In this document: positions 59,845 to 64,000 of the stretch, in pieces
Numbering within the stretch: position 1 is the first letter of the stretch
How the letters are laid out: every line of letters begins with the position of its first letter
Source: Sphingobacteriales bacterium
GTDB lineage: Bacteria; Bacteroidota; Bacteroidia; Chitinophagales; CAIOSU01
Length of the DNA: 64,000 nt
NCBI GenBank assembly: GCA_027486795.1
Contig: JAIXOI010000006.1
Location: 38,406 to 102,405 of the forward strand
Reading direction: 5' to 3'
Notes under the pieces: model-generated
What the model saw: the letters and a program-made list of their open reading frames with translations, nothing else
Told to the model about the DNA's origin: nothing
The model's database searches: none
Position numbers and translations under genes: made by a program

Positions 59845-61158
59845 ATGGATAACCACGCCGACATTGTAGTTGGACTAGATATTGGAACTACCAAAATATG
59901 CGCCATAGTAGGTCGCATAACCGAGCACGGCAAAGTAGAAGTACTAGGCATGGGCAAGGCCGACTCGTTGGGCGTTATGCGCGGCGTGGTTGCTAATATT
60001 GACAAAACCGTTGAGGCCATTGAACAAGCAGTAGCGCAAGCCGAAGCTCAATCGGGTCACAAAATAACCAAGGTATACGTAGGTATAGCGGGGCAGCACA
60101 TTAAGAGTTTGCAGCACCGGGGTATATACATGCGCGAGGATAGCACCGAGGAAATTAGCCGTAAGGATATTGATAAGCTAATAACCGATATGCAGAAGCT
60201 GGCAGTTAGCCCTGGCGACCGCATTATAGACATATTGCCGCAAGAGTTTATTGTTGACAATGAGCAGGGCATCAAAGATCCTGTAGGTATGTCGGGTATC
60301 CGCTTAGAAGCCAACTTTCACATCATTACAGGCCAAATAACCGCTGCGAGAAACATTGAACGCTGCGTGGACAAAGCAGGTATTAAAGTGGCCGACTTAG
60401 TGCTCGAGCCTTTAGCTTCTTCAGCATCGGTATTGAGCGAAGAAGAGAAAGAGGCTGGTGTAGCTTTGGTTGATATTGGTGGTGGTACTACCGATTTGGC
60501 TATTTTCCAAGATGGTATCATCCGTCACACGGCGGTTATTCCTTTGGGAGGCAACATAATAACCGAGGATATTAAGGAAGGTTGCTTGATTATGAAAAAT
60601 CAAGCCGAAGCCCTAAAAGTGCGCTTTGGTTCTGCCTTTGCTACTGAAACACAAGAAAACGAAATTGTTTCAATACCTGGTTTGCGTGGTCGCGACCCTA
60701 AGGAGATTTCTATCCGCAACTTAGCCAGCATTATTCAGGCCCGCATGGAGGAAATCATGGAGCAGGTATATTTCGAGATTCGCAGCAGTGGCTACGAGAA
60801 ACGCTTAATTGGCGGTATCGTTATCACTGGTGGCGGCTCGCAGTTGAAAAACGTTAAGCAACTAGCTGAGTACATTACCGGTATGGATACCCGTATTGGA
60901 TTGCCTACCGAGCACTTAACCAAGAGCCCAGTGGCCGATATGAAAAACCCGATGTATGCAACCTCAATTGGTTTGGTACTGAAAGGTTGGGAAGACCAGT
61001 TGCGCTATATGCCTGTTAAAAAGAAAAAAAGCAAACTACAACGTGAACCAGAAATGGCCGGCGAGGAAGAGGCAGGAGAGCAGCACCCGCGTTGGTGGGA
61101 AAAGATGTTCAAAAAAGGCCGCGACTGGTTGGAAGAAGGCGACGTGAAAGACTTCTGA
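59845..61158 (+). CDS. ftsA: Cell division protein FtsA
   Basis: GLDIGTTKI, VDIGGGTTD, GIVITGGGS. Confidence 0.97.
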   Translation: MDNHADIVVGLDIGTTKICAIVGRITEHGKVEVLGMGKADSLGVMRGVVANIDKTVEAIEQAVAQAEAQSGHKITKVYVGIAGQHIKSLQHRGIYMREDSTEEISRKDIDKLITDMQKLAVSPGDRIIDILPQEFIVDNEQGIKDPVGMSGIRLEANFHIITGQITAARNIERCVDKAGIKVADLVLEPLASSASVLSEEEKEAGVALVDIGGGTTDLAIFQDGIIRHTAVIPLGGNIITEDIKEGCLIMKNQAEALKVRFGSAFATETQENEIVSIPGLRGRDPKEISIRNLASIIQARMEEIMEQVYFEIRSSGYEKRLIGGIVITGGGSQLKNVKQLAEYITGMDTRIGLPTEHLTKSPVADMKNPMYATSIGLVLKGWEDQLRYMPVKKKKSKLQREPEMAGEEEAGEQHPRWWEKMFKKGRDWLEEGDVKDF

Positions 61159-61226
61159 TAATAAAGTAGATAAAAAAGACCCCCGTTTTAAAATACAATT
61201 GACAAGAACCCTCAAAACTCAAAGAT

Positions 61227-62921
61227 ATGTTGGAATTTGATCTGCCAAAAGAGCAATCCTCAATCATTAAAGTCATCGGCATAGGTGGCGGCGGCAGCAA
61301 TGCTGTAAATTATATGTTCAACCAAGGCATCCGTGGTGTCAATTTTGTAATTGGCAATACAGATGAGCAGGCATTAGAACTTAGCCCAATCCCTAATAAG
61401 ATTCAGTTAGGCCCTGCCTCAACCCGTGGTTTGGGTGCTGGTTCAAATCCGGATATAGGCCGTTTAGCTACCGAGGAGTCTTTGGAAGAAATACGCGCCT
61501 TGCTTGAGAAAAACACCCGTATGGTGTTTGTAACTGCCGGCATGGGTGGTGGTACTGGCACTGGTGGTGCCCCTGTAGTAGCTGAGTTGGCTCGAAGCAT
61601 GGGTATTCTTACAGTGGGTATCGTTACTAGCCCATTCTTCTTTGAGGGTCGTCGTAAAATCAAGCAAGCCGAAGCGGGCATCGAAGAGATGCGCAATGCA
61701 GTGGATAGCTTAATTGTTATTTCTAACGATAATATTCGCGAGCAATACGGCAACCTAACTCGCTCAGATGCATTTGCACATGCCGATGACATCTTGGCCA
61801 TAGCCGCCCGTAGCATATCAGAAATCATTACCGTTCCGGGTCAAATCAACGTCGATTTTGCCGACGTGGAATATGTAATGAAGAACAGTGGTGTAGCCAT
61901 TATGGGAAGCGCAACTGCCGAAGGCGAGGGCCGAGCGGCAAAAGCCATCCAAGCTGCTTTGGCTTCTCCGTTGTTGAACGATAACGACATCCGTGGCGCA
62001 CAGAAGGTATTGTTGAACATTACCTCTGGTACCGACCAAATGCGTATCGATGAGATTACTGAAATACACGAGTATGTATTGGAGGCCGTTGGTGCCGATA
62101 CCGACGTTATTTTTGGAACTTGCGATGACGACAGCTTGGGCGATAAAATTTGTGTAACCATTATTGCCACTGGTTTTAATAAGAACGGCATTATGGGTAG
62201 CTGGGAAACCGCTAATCGCGAGCGTGTAGTTCACGATTTGGGTCGCAGCACACCGGTTGCTCCTAAAGTTGAATTTACACCGCCAGTTGTACAGTTTACC
62301 GAGGAGCCCGTAAAACCTGAAGTGAACAACGATATGTTTCTTTTCCGTAGGGATGAAGTGGTTGTTGAAGATACCATCGTTGAAGATATAAAAGAGGTTG
62401 ACGAATCAAATGCGATTACTTTCTCTTTCGACCTAAATAAGGAAGAAGAAAATACCTTTGAAGTAGTTGCTACCGAAGAGGAAAGCTTGAAAGAGGCAGA
62501 AGAGGATAACTTCTTCTTCGCTCAAGAAGAGACTGAAATGGAAGCCACTAGCGAACAGTTAGTTGAAGAAGACCCAACATTGAATTTTAGCGTGCGCAAG
62601 GTTGAAGAGAAAGCCGCTGAAGAGTTAGGCTTCGTATTCCGTCAGCGCGAAGTGGAGCAGCCTAAGGCTACTGCTGTAAAAGAAGATGATTTGTTGAACG
62701 AGCGCCTACGTCGCCTTCGCAACTTGAACATGAAGCTGAACAACCCGAACAGCTTGAATGAACTGGAAGCTGAGCCTGCTTTTAAACGCCGCAACATTCA
62801 GCTTACCAATACCCCTTATTCATCTGAGTCTGATTACTCACGCTATAGCCTTTCTGAAGGAGACGAAAACCGTGGTGAGATACGCAAGAATAATTCTTTC
62901 CTTCACGGCAACGTGGACTAA
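61227..62921 (+). CDS. ftsZ: Cell division protein FtsZ with long acidic linker
   Basis: GIGGGGSNAV, GMGGGTGTG, NVDFAD, PAFKRR, NNSFLHGNVD. Confidence 0.98.
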   Translation: MLEFDLPKEQSSIIKVIGIGGGGSNAVNYMFNQGIRGVNFVIGNTDEQALELSPIPNKIQLGPASTRGLGAGSNPDIGRLATEESLEEIRALLEKNTRMVFVTAGMGGGTGTGGAPVVAELARSMGILTVGIVTSPFFFEGRRKIKQAEAGIEEMRNAVDSLIVISNDNIREQYGNLTRSDAFAHADDILAIAARSISEIITVPGQINVDFADVEYVMKNSGVAIMGSATAEGEGRAAKAIQAALASPLLNDNDIRGAQKVLLNITSGTDQMRIDEITEIHEYVLEAVGADTDVIFGTCDDDSLGDKICVTIIATGFNKNGIMGSWETANRERVVHDLGRSTPVAPKVEFTPPVVQFTEEPVKPEVNNDMFLFRRDEVVVEDTIVEDIKEVDESNAITFSFDLNKEEENTFEVVATEEESLKEAEEDNFFFAQEETEMEATSEQLVEEDPTLNFSVRKVEEKAAEELGFVFRQREVEQPKATAVKEDDLLNERLRRLRNLNMKLNNPNSLNELEAEPAFKRRNIQLTNTPYSSESDYSRYSLSEGDENRGEIRKNNSFLHGNVD

Positions 62922-62964
62922 GGGTAAAGACGCTGTTAGTACCAATTATTGTGCAGATTACGAA

Positions 62965-62994
62965 GCGCAACCCTCAGCAGGTTGCGTTTTTTTT
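62965..62994 (+). terminator. Rho-independent terminator after ftsZ
   Basis: GCGCAACC-CTCAGCA-GGTTGCGT followed by a T run. Confidence 0.85.
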
Positions 62995-63017
62995 GTGGGA
63001 CGTGTGTTGCGTTTTGT

Positions 63018-63201
63018 AAACCGTTAAAACGGTTGGGTGTTATGTGGCCGTTGGGTACCCACGGTTAAAACCGTGGGCTAGGTTATTTGATTGTATTCAG
63101 AATTTGTTGATAAGTTATATTGTTTTAATAATGCAAAATAGCCCATGGTTTTAACCATGGGACAGAGAATCTCGAAATACGTACAACCGTTTTAACGGTT
63201 T
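63018..63201. repeat. Left REPIN-like cassette A-B...B'-A'
   Basis: AAACCGTTAAAACGGTT; CCCACGGTTAAAACCGTGGGCTA; TAGCCCATGGTTTTAACCATGGG; AACCGTTTTAACGGTTT. Confidence 0.9.
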
Positions 63202-63314
63202 TCTTCGGTTGATGATCAAAACAATTAAAAGCGATTTTATATTTTGCAAATGATTGCTCTCGGTTTTAACCATGGGTAATAAATATCGTAATGTAATTAA
63301 CCGTTTTTGTAGGC

Positions 63315-63761
63315 ATGGCACATTCATTTTCTAAAATTTGGCTGCACTTGGTTTTCTCAACCAAAAACCGCGAGCCGTTAATTAAGGAGAAAATTGAAAA
63401 CGAAACATATCAATTTCTATGGAAGGAATTGAATGGATTAGGATGCCAGCCAAGAATAATAAATGGCATGCCTGACCATGTGCACCTGCTTTTTAGGCTC
63501 AATCCTCAAAAATCGGTAGCCGATGTGGTAAAGCAAATTAAAGGTTCAAGTTCACATTGGATTAATCAGAATATCAGCGATAACAATCAATCTCGATTTG
63601 CATGGCAAACGGGCTATGGGGTATTTTCTGTAAGTGAATCACAGCTGGTCAGAATAGAGGCATATATTAAGGAGCAGAAAGATCATCACAGAAAGTACAC
63701 TTTTATAGAAGAGTATAAAGGGTTTTTGAAAGCCCACGGGCTAGAGTGGGTTGAGGATTAG
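63315..63761 (+). mobile_element. tnpA: IS200/IS605-family Y1 HUH transposase, REP-associated (RAYT-like)
   Basis: HLVFSTKNR, DHVHLL (HUH), KG.SS, FAWQTGY, catalytic YI..Q..HH; no tnpB; flanked by palindrome cassettes. Confidence 0.9.
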
Positions 63762-63774
63762 GGTTATACAGGTC

Positions 63775-63959
63775 AAACCGTTAAAACGGTTGGGTGTTCT
63801 GTGCATTTTGGTTCCCCCACGGTTGAAACCGTGGGCTAGAAATTTGGAAATGATCATGATTCTTTGCCGCTTGGTATTAACTTGGTAAATAGAGAATGAC
63901 CCATAGTTTTAACCATGGGAAAAGTGAAATGTGAGATACCATAACCGTTTTAACGGTTT
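63775..63959. repeat. Right REPIN-like cassette A-B...B'-A'
   Basis: AAACCGTTAAAACGGTT; CCCACGGTTGAAACCGTGGGCTA; GACCCATAGTTTTAACCATGGG; AACCGTTTTAACGGTTT. Confidence 0.9.
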
Positions 63960-64000
63960 GATTCGCAATCAATACAAATTTCGCCAACAAATAAATACCC

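Noticed and set aside
439-62234. Numerous 60-220-aa ORFs overlapping annotated genes
   Set aside because: Antisense or out-of-frame shadows of well-supported genes, with no recognisable motifs
47279-62921. murF and ddl missing from the dcw cluster, and the long acidic FtsZ linker
   Set aside because: Both are normal for Bacteroidota
63018-63959. CRISPR array or TnpB/OMEGA system
   Set aside because: Repeats alternate in type and orientation, and there is no cas or tnpB gene in the window; REP/RAYT organisation fits better

Overview
64-kb chromosomal window from a Bacteroidota bacterium. Support for that call: T9SS C-terminal domains, TAnnTTTG -7 promoter boxes, no obvious Shine-Dalgarno sites, and a Bacteroidota-type dcw cluster. 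Most genes are housekeeping: adk, obgE, queD-folE, trpB2, meaB, nnr, accC, bcp, and mraZ-rsmH-ftsL-ftsI-murE-mraY-murD-ftsW-murG-murC-ftsQ-ftsA-ftsZ. There are also three T9SS cargo proteins, an Rrf2/DUF2490/TauE module, a PAS/GAF kinase with two receivers, a ParE-type toxin-antitoxin pair, a TonB-dependent receptor plus DUF5689-like lipoprotein, a solo OLD-family nuclease and a REP-flanked Y1 (RAYT-like) transposase. No rRNA, tRNA or CRISPR array was seen. The least explained signal is non-coding. (1) Recurring intergenic elements consist of two inverted arrays of 7-nt tandem repeats, with a different unit at each site; related 8-nt arrays also occur. (2) These repeats plus a REP-like hairpin are inserted in frame inside murC. 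(3) Two 184-185-bp nested-palindrome cassettes with fixed-length variable spacers flank the transposase. (4) The OLD nuclease gene lies between two diverged copies of a glycosyltransferase 3' end. (5) A Trp leader/attenuator precedes trpB2. (6) An unannotated 54-aa ORF lies behind a Fur-like palindrome. All calls come from motif recognition by eye; no searches were run.
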